Source: Reclinomonas americana ATCC 50394 (Eukaryota). From it: a stretch of 64,000 bases of DNA. The position numbers and the translations under genes were made by a program. A model generated the notes under the pieces. It saw only the letters and a program-made list of their open reading frames with translations. It had not been told where the DNA came from and did not search any database. Numbering within the stretch: the stretch's first letter is position 1; every line of letters begins with the position of its first letter. Positions 47,975 to 57,903 of the stretch are shown here, piece by piece. Where the stretch lies: contig PS015009.1 of NCBI GenBank assembly GCA_048213135.1, forward strand, positions 1,240,001-1,304,000, given 5' to 3'.

Positions 47975-50833
47975 TTATTTGATAAGATCGAATTTAATAC
48001 CCAGGTTAAATTTCGGGCCATAAAATTCCGCCTGTGCCGTTCTTGACTTTTCGCCCTGGTAATAACGCAGCGGCTGGTTGGTCAGGTTATTGGCTTCCGC
48101 GAATACCCTCCATTTGGGTGTAATGGCGTAAGACGCATTGGCATCCAGGAAGAACTGTTTGCCATAATAGCGGTCATAAAAACTATCCTGGTTATAACCA
48201 CCGTCATCGCTGTCGTCAATATAAGAAGAGGTATAGTTACCTGAGAGACGAACCACCAGCCTTTTATTTTCGTAAGAAAGTGAAGTGTTGAAGATGCTGG
48301 GTGCCGCGCCGGGCAGCTTTACATTACTGCGTACCAGGTTGCCGGAAGGATCGTAGATGCCCTTGGCTTTGGAATGTGTATAGGTATAGTTAAAGTATAC
48401 ACCGAAGCCTTTCCAAAAGCCGGGCAGAAAATCGAGTTGGCGTTGCAGGGCCACCTCAAAACCAAATACAGTGGCGCCATCACCATTTCTGCGCTGGGAA
48501 AAATTCCAGTTGTCGCCTGCGTTAATAGGATTTTTAACTCCGGGAAAATCCGCGGCAAACTCATCATGTGTGTAAGAACCGTCGATATACGTATAAAAAA
48601 AGTTATCGAGTTTTTTATAGAACAAGCCGCCGGAAACAAGACCTACCGATTTAAAATAGTTTTCGATCATAATATCGAAATTGGCAGACCGTACGGGTTC
48701 GAGCGATGGATTACCTGCGCTCAGTTCCGCGTCACCTGGTTTTACATTGAAGTAAGGCACCAGGTCATAATATTTAGGCCGGGCCAGGGAATTGGTCCAT
48801 GCGGCTTTAAGCACCAGGCGGTTGGTGATGTTGTATTTCAGGTTGATGCCGGGCAATACATCAGTGTAATTATTTTTTAATGACGCAGTACCTTTAAACT
48901 GATCATCGTCTTCTACGATGTTACCTGTATAGTCGATAGAAGTATGTTCTACACGGATACCCAGTTTCACCGACAGCTTTTCGGTGATGTATTGTTTCAG
49001 CTCGGCGAAACCAGCCGTGATGTTCTCTTTAGCGCTGTAATTACCGGCAAGGTATTCGGCCGGGGCGTCGGTCTCAGTAAACAAAGCGGGGTCTTTAAAT
49101 TGTTGTCCGCCCAGGAACTCCGGCGTAATAAACTGACCGGCGATGTATTTGCTGCCGGGATAATATTTGCTGTCTGTTTTATCGATCAGTGGCAGCAGGC
49201 TGATGTTGCCGAATGATGTTTTGGGTGCATATTCGAAAAACGTATTGTTACGGGCTTTCTTTTTCGACCTTAACCTGCCACCAAATTTCAATGTACCTTT
49301 TTGTGCGGGAATAACGGAAAGCGGCAATTCAAAATTCAGTTTTGCATTGATGTCCCTTTCATACTGGTCCTGGAATTGTTCAGAGAGCTCACCAAGACGG
49401 GTATACGCGGTAAGAGCGGTGTTATCTGTCAGCAACGGAAATTCCTGGTCGCTGATATCCTGTGTAATAGTAATGCTTCTTCTCCCCATGGCGATATATC
49501 TTTCATGCGGTCTTTTTTCCGAAGCTTTGGCCAGTTGCAGGCTCCAGTTGGTGCGGAGCCTTCCGAAAAGGTGATCGCCTTTCAGCGAGATGGAACGTAC
49601 ACGCTGATCTTCCAGGCGGCGCTTCTCGTTGCGGTTGTCATCAAGCCCTCCTTTTGTCTGGCGCAATACTTCACCATTTTTATACCCGGTGATATTGCCG
49701 CCGGCATCATAAATAAGATCGGATGGTGTTGGATTTTCCGCATCACCGCGGTAACGGTGACGCAGGCGGAAACGGTTCTCTTTATCGTCTCTCCAGTTAT
49801 AACTTCCGGTGAGTGTGATCGTGTTCAAAGGGTCGATCTTGTAATCGAATGTAAGCGCAGCGCTTCTCCTGATACGGAGTTCGTTGTAAATACGAACATC
49901 ATGATCGCTCACGAACATTTTACCATTCTGATCTTTTGACCATACAGCTTCCACATCATCGGAACCGAATTTATTACGGTTGAAAGAACCGCTGAATACA
50001 AAGCCCAGTTTGTCTTTGGCAAAACGGCGGCCTATAACCAGGTTAGCGGTGCCGTTAAAACCATCGTCCCTTATCGGGCTGAAACCACCAGCCACTGTAC
50101 CGGATATCCTCAGGCCGTTGGGAGCTGTACGGGTAACCAGGTTCACGGAACCCCCGATAGCATCTGCATCCATATCGGCGGTAAGTGTTTTGTTTACCTC
50201 CACGGTTTGTACCATATCGGAAGGGATCAGGTCCATTTGTACGCGGCGGTTATCGCCTTCGGCGGAAGGAATGCGTTCGCCGTTAAAGGTTACCGAATTG
50301 AATTCGGGTCCCATTCCCCTGATCACGATATTTCTTGCTTCGCCCTGGTCGTTCTGCATAGTGATGCCGGGTACACGTTTGATGGCATCGCCGATATTAG
50401 CATCCGGAAAACGGCCGATCTGGTCGGCACTGATGATGTTGGTTACATTATCACTGTTGCGTTGCTGGTTGAGCGCTTTCGCCTGTCCTTTCAACCTGTC
50501 ACCCAGTACGATCACATTGTTCAGTGACACTACGCCGGATTGAAGTTTTGCAGTGAACTCGGTTACGTTACCACTGTTGGTAAACTCATATTTATAATCC
50601 TGGTAACCGATATAGGTGATGATGGCGGTGTGTTTACCGGCAGGCACGTTATACAGTACAGCCACCCCTTCGCTGCCGGTAACGGCTTTATAATTCTTGT
50701 CTTCCAGTAATACACTCGCCCCGGGAAGCAGCAGGTTTTGTTCATCAACAACTTTGATCTTTACGATCCCTTTTTGTGCGGCCGCGGAGAATACAATAAT
50801 AACCAGCGCCGCCAGGGCAAATAACTGTTTCAT
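47975..50833 (-). CDS. TonB-dependent receptor (phytase-linked)
   Basis: CarboxypepD-like N-domain; IGRFPDANIGDA.KRVPGI plug; AGNP.LEP; terminal GIKFDL; TACATTTG promoter at 50873-50866. Confidence 0.93.
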   Translation of the reverse strand: MKQLFALAALVIIVFSAAAQKGIVKIKVVDEQNLLLPGASVLLEDKNYKAVTGSEGVAVLYNVPAGKHTAIITYIGYQDYKYEFTNSGNVTEFTAKLQSGVVSLNNVIVLGDRLKGQAKALNQQRNSDNVTNIISADQIGRFPDANIGDAIKRVPGITMQNDQGEARNIVIRGMGPEFNSVTFNGERIPSAEGDNRRVQMDLIPSDMVQTVEVNKTLTADMDADAIGGSVNLVTRTAPNGLRISGTVAGGFSPIRDDGFNGTANLVIGRRFAKDKLGFVFSGSFNRNKFGSDDVEAVWSKDQNGKMFVSDHDVRIYNELRIRRSAALTFDYKIDPLNTITLTGSYNWRDDKENRFRLRHRYRGDAENPTPSDLIYDAGGNITGYKNGEVLRQTKGGLDDNRNEKRRLEDQRVRSISLKGDHLFGRLRTNWSLQLAKASEKRPHERYIAMGRRSITITQDISDQEFPLLTDNTALTAYTRLGELSEQFQDQYERDINAKLNFELPLSVIPAQKGTLKFGGRLRSKKKARNNTFFEYAPKTSFGNISLLPLIDKTDSKYYPGSKYIAGQFITPEFLGGQQFKDPALFTETDAPAEYLAGNYSAKENITAGFAELKQYITEKLSVKLGIRVEHTSIDYTGNIVEDDDQFKGTASLKNNYTDVLPGINLKYNITNRLVLKAAWTNSLARPKYYDLVPYFNVKPGDAELSAGNPSLEPVRSANFDIMIENYFKSVGLVSGGLFYKKLDNFFYTYIDGSYTHDEFAADFPGVKNPINAGDNWNFSQRRNGDGATVFGFEVALQRQLDFLPGFWKGFGVYFNYTYTHSKAKGIYDPSGNLVRSNVKLPGAAPSIFNTSLSYENKRLVVRLSGNYTSSYIDDSDDGGYNQDSFYDRYYGKQFFLDANASYAITPKWRVFAEANNLTNQPLRYYQGEKSRTAQAEFYGPKFNLGIKFDLIK

Positions 50834-50982
50834 ACTTCAGTTGGATTGGGTTAAAAGAGAAGGCGCAAATGTAGACCTCGGCTTTACAATCCCGGGCTCA
50901 GGCACGTTATGCTTTTCTTTCGAAAATGTTATGAAATGATGAACAGGAAGAAATGTATATATGTCTCGTTTGTTATAAAAGA

Positions 50983-51010
50983 AAAACCACCCGTTGCCGG
51001 GCGGTCTTGT
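50983..51010 (-). terminator. Intrinsic terminator after Oar-like TonB receptor
   Basis: Minus strand accgcccg-gcaa-cgggtggt-ttttcttt. Confidence 0.75.
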
Positions 51011-51030
51011 AAAACGAGGAACTAATATAG

Positions 51031-54000
51031 CTAGTTGAACATATAACGTATGCCAAACTGCATCTGCCACCTGGACCCGATACCAGTGCTGTTGGAAATA
51101 CTATTGGTGTAGGGCACCTGGTTAGCGGCATCCTGCATGGTAAAGGAGAAGCTTGGTGTTTTACCATCGGCCGCCATGCCCTCATAGCGGAGAAAATTGG
51201 TAACGGTGGCCGATTTAACCGTGCCCCAGTATTTGCTGATGAGGTTGCCCACATTAAGGATGTCAACCGAGAAACGCAGTGTGTGACGGTCTCCTTTGGT
51301 TTTTCCGGTGCGGATGGAGATGTCCTGCGTAATATTCAGATCTACTTTTTTGAAGTAAGGAAGTACGACTGAGTTGGCGGCGGCAATTTGTCCGCGATGA
51401 GAAGAAAGATAGTTATCCTGGCTGATGAACGCGTTTAACTGCGCCCATTGCTGGGCCGCTGTACGTGTATCGGAACTGGTTCCTGTTCCTAATCCTCCTG
51501 AACCCGATTTTACCAGGTTGATCTCACCGATATTGTTGGGAACATAGATCAGGTCGTTATTATTGCCATCGCCATTCAGGTCGCCGTTATATACATAAGA
51601 AGTAACGCCCGCCGGTGCTGCTTCAAAATACAACCCAAAACTTGTGGCGAAATATTTAGCGTAGTTCACTTTGTAAGATGCGAAAGCCACTACACGATGA
51701 GGTTGCCACCAGGAGGCATTGGAAAGATTATCCGCGTTAGGATCGGTTCCCTGTACGGCCCTGCCACTCCACAGGCTTCCTGCCGTACTGCCACCTTCCG
51801 CGGTATTTTTTGAAGAAGAATAAGTGTATGCCGCACTCAGGTAGAGGTTTTTAATGGTCTTCTGTACGCGGCCGGTAATCGTTGCAGAATATCCCTTGTT
51901 CGAATTCTTCATTAATATGGCATTGCCCAGGTTGGGGTTGGCAAGCGTTGAACCAAAATAGTATTTATTGGAGTTGGCAGTAGTAGTGAGGTAACGCAGC
52001 CGGGTATCATTGCCATTCTTTATGGCGAATCCATTGGTCTCATTCAGGTTCACATTGGAATAATACACGGCGTTGATGTCCTTGGTATAAGAACCTTCCA
52101 CGCTTACTACCCAGTCGTGTTTGAATTTTTTATCCACGGCAAGACTGGCTTTCAATACGGTAGGGTATTTGAAATTATTATCGGTAAGCGCTACACTGTA
52201 AGATGTGTTGGCACCACCTGCTGTAGGCCTGTATTTATCAGGTTGGGCACTGAAGGGAACGGCAGTTGTTTTGATCACCGATCCAAACTGCACACCGTTA
52301 TTGCTGGCCTGGTTGCTGATCCACACAAATGGTGGCGGGCCCGCGAAGATGCCGCCGCCGCCACGTACCTGTAGGGTTTGATTACCCAGCACATCCCAGT
52401 TAATACCCAGGCGCGGAGATACAAGCAATGAATTTTTAGGTTTCCTGCCCACATCATAATGAGCGCCGTTGGCGAAAGTAAGTTTGGCGAAATCAGGGTT
52501 TTGATCAAAGTGACCGGTGTACGCTGAGTAGTCAAATCTTACACCATAAGTGAGTGTGAAATTCTTTCTTACACTCCACTTGTCTTGTGCAAAAAGACTC
52601 AGGTCATTTGAGCCGGCCTTAGCATAAGGGAATGATCCATCAGGTAATGCGGAATACTGTAAGGCATAACGCAGTGCTGATGTACTTCCATTGTTTACGC
52701 TGTTGTAAAAATCCTGCAGGCTGCCAAACTGGTAAAGCCCCTGGTAGGCGGGCGCAAAACCATTCAGGTACTTCCTGAAGTAATTCTGTGTACCGGCAGT
52801 AATCTCGTGACTGCCTTTGTACAAGGTAACAATGTCGGAGAACTGGAAGGTGTTGGTGTTGAGTTTGTTGTTATAGGTAAAGGGTTCATATCCGAAAGTG
52901 GTATATATATTACCTCCCGACAGGATGTCAACCAACGGTAAAGTACTTCCGCTGCCTTGTGGTGTGCGGAAGTCACGCAACGCGGTATATCCGACCTGGA
53001 ATTTATTCACCATCCTGTTGCTGAACCTCGTGTTTAACTCAATGATGAAGATGTTGAAATTGTTATTGATCACATAACCACTGCCCTGGAATGGCATAGA
53101 TGTATTGCCCGGCTGACCACCGGTTACAAAACCGGAGAAACCGTTGCGGCTTGTACTGGCAAACTGGTCAGCAGACGATTTAAGATAGTTGTATTTGAAT
53201 GTAAGTGTATTCTTGCTGTTAATGTTCCAGTCGATCTTGGCGGTGATCTTGTCGCTTTGTGTTTTCTGGCTGTACCCCTGGAACGGGCCGGGATCATAAC
53301 CAAATTTCGTTTGCAGAAACTGCGCCAGCTTGGCCAGTGTGTCTGCATTAGCCTGCGATACACTGCCCGGTGTGGCGGGGTGTGTGGCATCAGAGGCGAT
53401 ATAGCTCGTAGCCGGTAACTCTTGTCTTACCTGCTCGGCGCTTACAAAAAAGAACAGCTTATTCTTAATGATCGGGCCGCCAACAGCGATGCCACGCAGG
53501 TTAAACTTGATATCGGTTTTCGGCAATTTTACATTGGCCACTTTATAGCCCTGGTTGTTTTCATTTTTCCAGTAATCATATACTGTACCCCTGAACTGGT
53601 TGGTACCACTGCGGGTTACGGTGTTGATGCCTGCGCCGGTAAAGCCGCCCTGGCGTACATCATAGGGCGAAACATTCACCTGTATCTGTTCAATGGCATC
53701 AAGACTGATGGGCTGTGAACCCGTTTGTCCGCCCAATGTTCCGGAAAGACCAAATGAGTTGTTGAAATTGGCACCATCAACAGTTACATTATTATACTGG
53801 TTGCTGCGGCCGCCAAAACTCAGGCCGTTGGAGGTAGGTTCCAGCCTGGTGAAGTCCTGCAGTGAACGGTTTATGGTAGGTAACCTTTCAATCTGTGTAC
53901 GGTTGATCACTTCCTGTGAGCCTGTGCGGTTGTTGCTGAATATCTTGTCCTGCCGTTTTGCTGCTACTACTACTTCGCCGAGTGATGTGGCGGTAGAACT

Positions 54001-54318
54001 GAGTTTAAAGTCCGCTTTATAGGCCTGGCCCAGTAACAGGGTAATATTGTCCTGCTTGTCTTCTTTATAACCAACAAACGATACAACTACTTCGTATGGG
54101 CCGCCCACGCGAAGGTTAGGAAGGTTGTATCGTCCGTCTTTACGCGACGTAGTGACATACTTAGTGCCCGTTGGTACATGGATAGCGGTAATCGTAGCAT
54201 TGGCCAGGCCATTACCCCCGTCTGTAACTGTACCTTGTATTTCAGATGTTGTTTCTTGTGAAAAAGCAAAAAACGAAAGAATAGAGAATAGGAATGTGAG
54301 TAGAAATTTACATTTCAT
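51031..54318 (-). CDS. Oar-like TonB-dependent receptor with carboxypeptidase-regulatory N-domain
   Basis: NLRVGGPY, PISLDAIEQIQV..SPYDVRQGGFTGAGIN.VTRSGTN, SPRLG.NWD, terminal QFGIRYMFN. Confidence 0.93.
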   Translation of the reverse strand: MKCKFLLTFLFSILSFFAFSQETTSEIQGTVTDGGNGLANATITAIHVPTGTKYVTTSRKDGRYNLPNLRVGGPYEVVVSFVGYKEDKQDNITLLLGQAYKADFKLSSTATSLGEVVVAAKRQDKIFSNNRTGSQEVINRTQIERLPTINRSLQDFTRLEPTSNGLSFGGRSNQYNNVTVDGANFNNSFGLSGTLGGQTGSQPISLDAIEQIQVNVSPYDVRQGGFTGAGINTVTRSGTNQFRGTVYDYWKNENNQGYKVANVKLPKTDIKFNLRGIAVGGPIIKNKLFFFVSAEQVRQELPATSYIASDATHPATPGSVSQANADTLAKLAQFLQTKFGYDPGPFQGYSQKTQSDKITAKIDWNINSKNTLTFKYNYLKSSADQFASTSRNGFSGFVTGGQPGNTSMPFQGSGYVINNNFNIFIIELNTRFSNRMVNKFQVGYTALRDFRTPQGSGSTLPLVDILSGGNIYTTFGYEPFTYNNKLNTNTFQFSDIVTLYKGSHEITAGTQNYFRKYLNGFAPAYQGLYQFGSLQDFYNSVNNGSTSALRYALQYSALPDGSFPYAKAGSNDLSLFAQDKWSVRKNFTLTYGVRFDYSAYTGHFDQNPDFAKLTFANGAHYDVGRKPKNSLLVSPRLGINWDVLGNQTLQVRGGGGIFAGPPPFVWISNQASNNGVQFGSVIKTTAVPFSAQPDKYRPTAGGANTSYSVALTDNNFKYPTVLKASLAVDKKFKHDWVVSVEGSYTKDINAVYYSNVNLNETNGFAIKNGNDTRLRYLTTTANSNKYYFGSTLANPNLGNAILMKNSNKGYSATITGRVQKTIKNLYLSAAYTYSSSKNTAEGGSTAGSLWSGRAVQGTDPNADNLSNASWWQPHRVVAFASYKVNYAKYFATSFGLYFEAAPAGVTSYVYNGDLNGDGNNNDLIYVPNNIGEINLVKSGSGGLGTGTSSDTRTAAQQWAQLNAFISQDNYLSSHRGQIAAANSVVLPYFKKVDLNITQDISIRTGKTKGDRHTLRFSVDILNVGNLISKYWGTVKSATVTNFLRYEGMAADGKTPSFSFTMQDAANQVPYTNSISNSTGIGSRWQMQFGIRYMFN

Positions 54319-54409
54319 TGCTGCCAGTTTTAGTTGAGCAAAATTGGCAGTCTATTGTGTACAGGGATTTACGGAATTGTTATGTTATTGTTTTCAATGA
54401 GGAAATTAT

Positions 54410-54928
54410 TTACTGCCTGGTCAAAACCATATTTCTTGGCAGTGTTACTCCCGCAGGAGGTATCATTTGCTGGCTTGCATATACAACACCAGGAGATTCG
54501 GTGCAGCGCCAGGTGAGCTGATTTTGCGATCCGTTAAGTGCCAGGTAGAGAAAATTAGATTTAGACGCTTTCGACAAATCAATGATCGCTCCTTCAGCTT
54601 TGGTATTTACCATATTGTTGTTCCACAGGTCTATTGTTCTGGCATCCACATTATTGATATTTCCATAGGAACTTTCAATAACGGTATTCCCTTTTTTATA
54701 TATGTGCCAGCCGACTAAAAAATCGGTGTAATAATTCTCAATGGGAATAAGGACTTTTTTTGTTGTTAAATATACTTTCACTGTGTCTGATCCACTCGTC
54801 CACATCCATGTACCGTGAAATGCTCCCATACTGTTATTGGGTATGTATGACCCGGGGGCCGGGGATTGTGCCTTAACTGCTGAAGTACACAACAAAAAGG
54901 ATACGAGTATTCGGATTATAAGCTTCAT
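54410..54928 (-). CDS. Exported 172-aa protein, DUF6705-like (candidate immunity/partner protein)
   Basis: Signal peptide ending VKAQ; F.GTW.W, D.LVG...YKKG...I, LP.NMVLTRQ pattern. Confidence 0.65.
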   Translation of the reverse strand: MKLIIRILVSFLLCTSAVKAQSPAPGSYIPNNSMGAFHGTWMWTSGSDTVKVYLTTKKVLIPIENYYTDFLVGWHIYKKGNTVIESSYGNINNVDARTIDLWNNNMVNTKAEGAIIDLSKASKSNFLYLALNGSQNQLTWRCTESPGVVYASQQMIPPAGVTLPRNMVLTRQ

Positions 54929-54961
54929 TTTATACAGATTGATAAAGATAAATATTATTTT

Positions 54962-56608
54962 TTATTGACATGGGGCATTTTCTACGTTTCCTGTGCTGGT
55001 ATTGTATCTTATTGGTTGCCAATGAGAAAAGCCGGTTCCCCTGAAAAGTTTTAACCCGCTTCCCCCCAGGTATTCCTCCATGAACCTCGAAAAAAGACGT
55101 TCATTCTCTTCAGCGCTGTTGGTGGTAAGGATGTTTCTGCGTCGAAAATCGAAGTAGTGAAACTTTAATTCCTTTGCTGAAAATTTTTGTGCCCAAGCCC
55201 TGAATTTCGTCAGGTTTTCAATCTTCAGAAGGTATTGCGTTGTAGGTGTAACTAAAGCCATTGTAAAATCGGCGGGGTCTTTTACATTCCCAACATTGAA
55301 GGTAGCGCACATGGTAAACAGGTCATCGGGGCTGAAAACCTGCAGGCCCCTTGTCGAATCAGTATTGGTATTGAAATGGCTGTGCATTATTACATCAATA
55401 ATATAATAATTGTGAAAATCAGGCAGGCCAAGTGTATTGGGTTTTCCTTTTAAAAGACTGTCAGGCGTATTTCCGAAATCTCCGGCTGCGTCTCTGAATA
55501 ACATATACCCGAACTCCCGGTTATTTGCCGTACTGCTGTTGAGTGAGTCCTTTATTTCCTGCAGGTAGCTGATAAAGGAAGCGCTCTGGGCGAGGACGTC
55601 CGCTGCTGCGCATGGATTTAAGATCGTATCAGCAGTGGGTGGCAGGCAATTATCGCCAGGTAAATTCGTAAAACTGTACCAGGTATTGATCAGGCAATCC
55701 GGTGGCAGTGGTGCAGGCGGTGGCCCAGGGTTGGGTGGCGGCGGGGGTGGCGTTGTTGGTGGTACGGGAGGAGGTGTATTGCCTCCACCTCCTCCATGAG
55801 GCGGCGGTATGGGAGGGTTGGGAGGATACGGGAACGGATCACCGCCTCCTCCCCCTACCGGTGTACATATGGTGTAATAATAGCTATAACCGTATTCACA
55901 AGGGTTTTGATGGCAGACAGAACAAATTTGCAAATACTCAACACATACCCATACGATAGGCACAATACTGCCCATTCCCGTTGTATCGTCTTTAATAATG
56001 ACCGTTTTATCGCCATGGGTGTCCGGCGTTCCCAGGTTTGGAAATAGTGTGGAGGGAATATGATAAAACCGGGTTGTACCAAAAGCCCTGTGCTCCATGT
56101 AAAAGAACATATTCAGATCATACATGGCACTGGCCGTATCGAGCGGACTTCCATGTGTCAGTGAGTACAGGTATTCATTGGTGGTTTTACATTGAATATC
56201 AAGAGTGCCGTCAGGACGCTCAGCTACGATTATAAGCGATGACAGGTCTTCATTATTCGTTGTCATCGGGATAATAATATTTCCGGAGCTGTCATCTCCC
56301 TCCCGTGCACTACTGTTGCTCCTGGCCTGTCGTATCATTTTTTCCCAAACAGGAAGCCCGCTTTTTGATGGGAGTTTATTGACAAAGCCAGTATTTTCAT
56401 TCTCAGATTTGAGCATGGCAATGATGTCCAGCACTTTTTTATTGGTGCTGCCGGTCCTGAAAAAGTGTTCACTGCGGTCCGCATTTGAGAGCGACTGGTA
56501 AAACTCAGCTTTACGGCATGATTGCTGAACAGCGAAGAAGAAAAGTAAGGTGATGAGGGTTAAACAGGCAAATAGCCTTTTACTGGACTGAAAGGGTACG
56601 GGTCTCAT
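54962..56608 (-). CDS. Lipoprotein with Cys cluster, Gly/Pro linker and C-terminal JAB/MPN-like domain (toxin-like)
   Basis: Lipoprotein-type signal ending QSC-RK; GGGGG/PPPP linker; REFGY...MHSH...FSPDD motif. Confidence 0.65.
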   Translation of the reverse strand: MRPVPFQSSKRLFACLTLITLLFFFAVQQSCRKAEFYQSLSNADRSEHFFRTGSTNKKVLDIIAMLKSENENTGFVNKLPSKSGLPVWEKMIRQARSNSSAREGDDSSGNIIIPMTTNNEDLSSLIIVAERPDGTLDIQCKTTNEYLYSLTHGSPLDTASAMYDLNMFFYMEHRAFGTTRFYHIPSTLFPNLGTPDTHGDKTVIIKDDTTGMGSIVPIVWVCVEYLQICSVCHQNPCEYGYSYYYTICTPVGGGGGDPFPYPPNPPIPPPHGGGGGNTPPPVPPTTPPPPPPNPGPPPAPLPPDCLINTWYSFTNLPGDNCLPPTADTILNPCAAADVLAQSASFISYLQEIKDSLNSSTANNREFGYMLFRDAAGDFGNTPDSLLKGKPNTLGLPDFHNYYIIDVIMHSHFNTNTDSTRGLQVFSPDDLFTMCATFNVGNVKDPADFTMALVTPTTQYLLKIENLTKFRAWAQKFSAKELKFHYFDFRRRNILTTNSAEENERLFSRFMEEYLGGSGLKLFRGTGFSHWQPIRYNTSTGNVENAPCQ

Positions 56609-56807
56609 ATTCCGGGTTTTGGTATTGCAAGTATAGATATATTCCTAATATAAAAAGGAGGGAAAAACACCCTTTTAGCAGGAATCATACTGCGAACTTG
56701 TTGGATGCAGGTCTTATTTCGATTACACAAACCCGGTTATGGTAAAGAAGCTTACTGTAGTTATATTATGAGTATTGTGATGGCTGGCGGCTTCAGGATA
56801 TAAAACT

Positions 56808-56839
56808 AAAAAAGACCCAACTTTCGTTGAGTCTTCTCT
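56808..56839 (-). terminator. Terminator after tRNA-Phe
   Basis: Minus strand aagactcaa-cgaaag-ttgggtctt-tttt. Confidence 0.7.
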
Positions 56840-56840
56840 G

Positions 56841-56913
56841 TGGTGTGGGCCGGGATTGAACCGGCGACACATGGATTTTCAGTCCATTGCTCTACCAACT
56901 GAGCTACCGCACC
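56841..56913 (-). tRNA. tRNA-Phe (GAA), CCA not encoded
   Basis: GGTGCGGTAGCTCAGTTGGTAGAGCAATGGACTGAAAATCCATGTGTCGCCGGTTCAATCCCGGCCCACACCA cloverleaf; TATTTTTG promoter at 56939-56932. Confidence 0.97.
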
Positions 56914-56992
56914 ATTTCCCTTTCGGGGCAGCAAAAATAGGTGATTCTGTTTAAAAAATGTGAATTAAAGACCGGTTTTCTCAAAATTGTAG

Positions 56993-57340
56993 CTATAATT
57001 CAAATAATAACTGGTCCTCATGCCCCGATTCCGGCACCTGCCTGATAAAATTATCATACCCCGCCTCGTCCTCATGACTGCTGTAAGTGCCATAAGCGTC
57101 AAGGCTATAACCGGTAAGGCCGTCATTAGCACGGATAATATATAAAATACTCATATCCGCCGGGTCGGTATTGCCCTCAAAGCGGTATACTTTTATAATC
57201 ACCATATCACCAGGCTGGTAATATTTACCCTTGCCTGCAGTAAACCCTTCTTCTGCCCAGCGAAATTCGGTATCAATGCCCCGTTGCCGCAGTCTTTCCA
57301 GCACTTCGGTAAGGGTCGTCATCTCATGCGGTACTTCCAT
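56993..57340 (-). CDS. Small conserved Bacteroidota hypothetical protein
   Basis: TL.E....L...G...EF, YRFEG.TDP.D.SILY.I, G...DAYG.Y pattern. Confidence 0.8.
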   Translation of the reverse strand: MEVPHEMTTLTEVLERLRQRGIDTEFRWAEEGFTAGKGKYYQPGDMVIIKVYRFEGNTDPADMSILYIIRANDGLTGYSLDAYGTYSSHEDEAGYDNFIRQVPESGHEDQLLFEL

Positions 57341-57508
57341 AATCCTTTTTTAAACTTTCCTTCCAACAATATGCCAGGCAGGTAATCCCATTGTTTTACA
57401 CCGGTTAACTTCATAGCATGCTCCGCGTCTCTTCCGGGAAAACGTACTGTTCAACTTGCGCCATTCGTCTTGTCAACAAAACTACACAATTGAACGATTG
57501 CAAAAAAC

Positions 57509-57595
57509 TCACCTTTGTTTCCGTACTGCCATGATGATAAAATAGGACATCAGCAGCAGGGCCACGACAATGAAGCCAAGGACAAAATAGAACAT
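57509..57595 (-). CDS. Possible 28-aa single-pass membrane peptide
   Basis: MFYFVLGFIVVALLLMSYFIIMAVRKQR*, below the track's length cutoff. Confidence 0.35.
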   Translation of the reverse strand: MFYFVLGFIVVALLLMSYFIIMAVRKQR

Positions 57596-57903
57596 TGCGG
57601 CATTTTCATAAATAAAAAATATTTCCGCAGGCCCGGGATCAACAAGAGAATAAAAATAATCGAAATCATCCTTACATCTTGCTATTAAAATAAGGAAGGA
57701 GTCAACAGTTTAATTGTCAGGAGGGTAATTACTGTGAAAATAAAACAGCAATTTGCTGCTTCAAAATGAAGATAGATCATATTTACGGTAAATACAAAAT
57801 GGTCGTATATTAATTTATTGAAACTCCCGCTTAACCGGCTGCAACTCAGCCCCGGCACAATCGTCATATTTCAGTAAATTCAACCCTCGTAAATACACCC
57901 GCT

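Noticed and set aside
55700-55862. G-rich tract as non-coding repeat or G-quadruplex element
   Set aside because: Fully explained by the Pro/Gly linker codons of the minus-strand lipoprotein.
56993-57340. PRPP synthetase label often attached to this small family
   Set aside because: Far too short and lacks PRPP synthetase motifs.
54400-57900. Integrative element or prophage at tRNA-Phe
   Set aside because: No integrase or transposase and no duplicated tRNA 3' end noticed.
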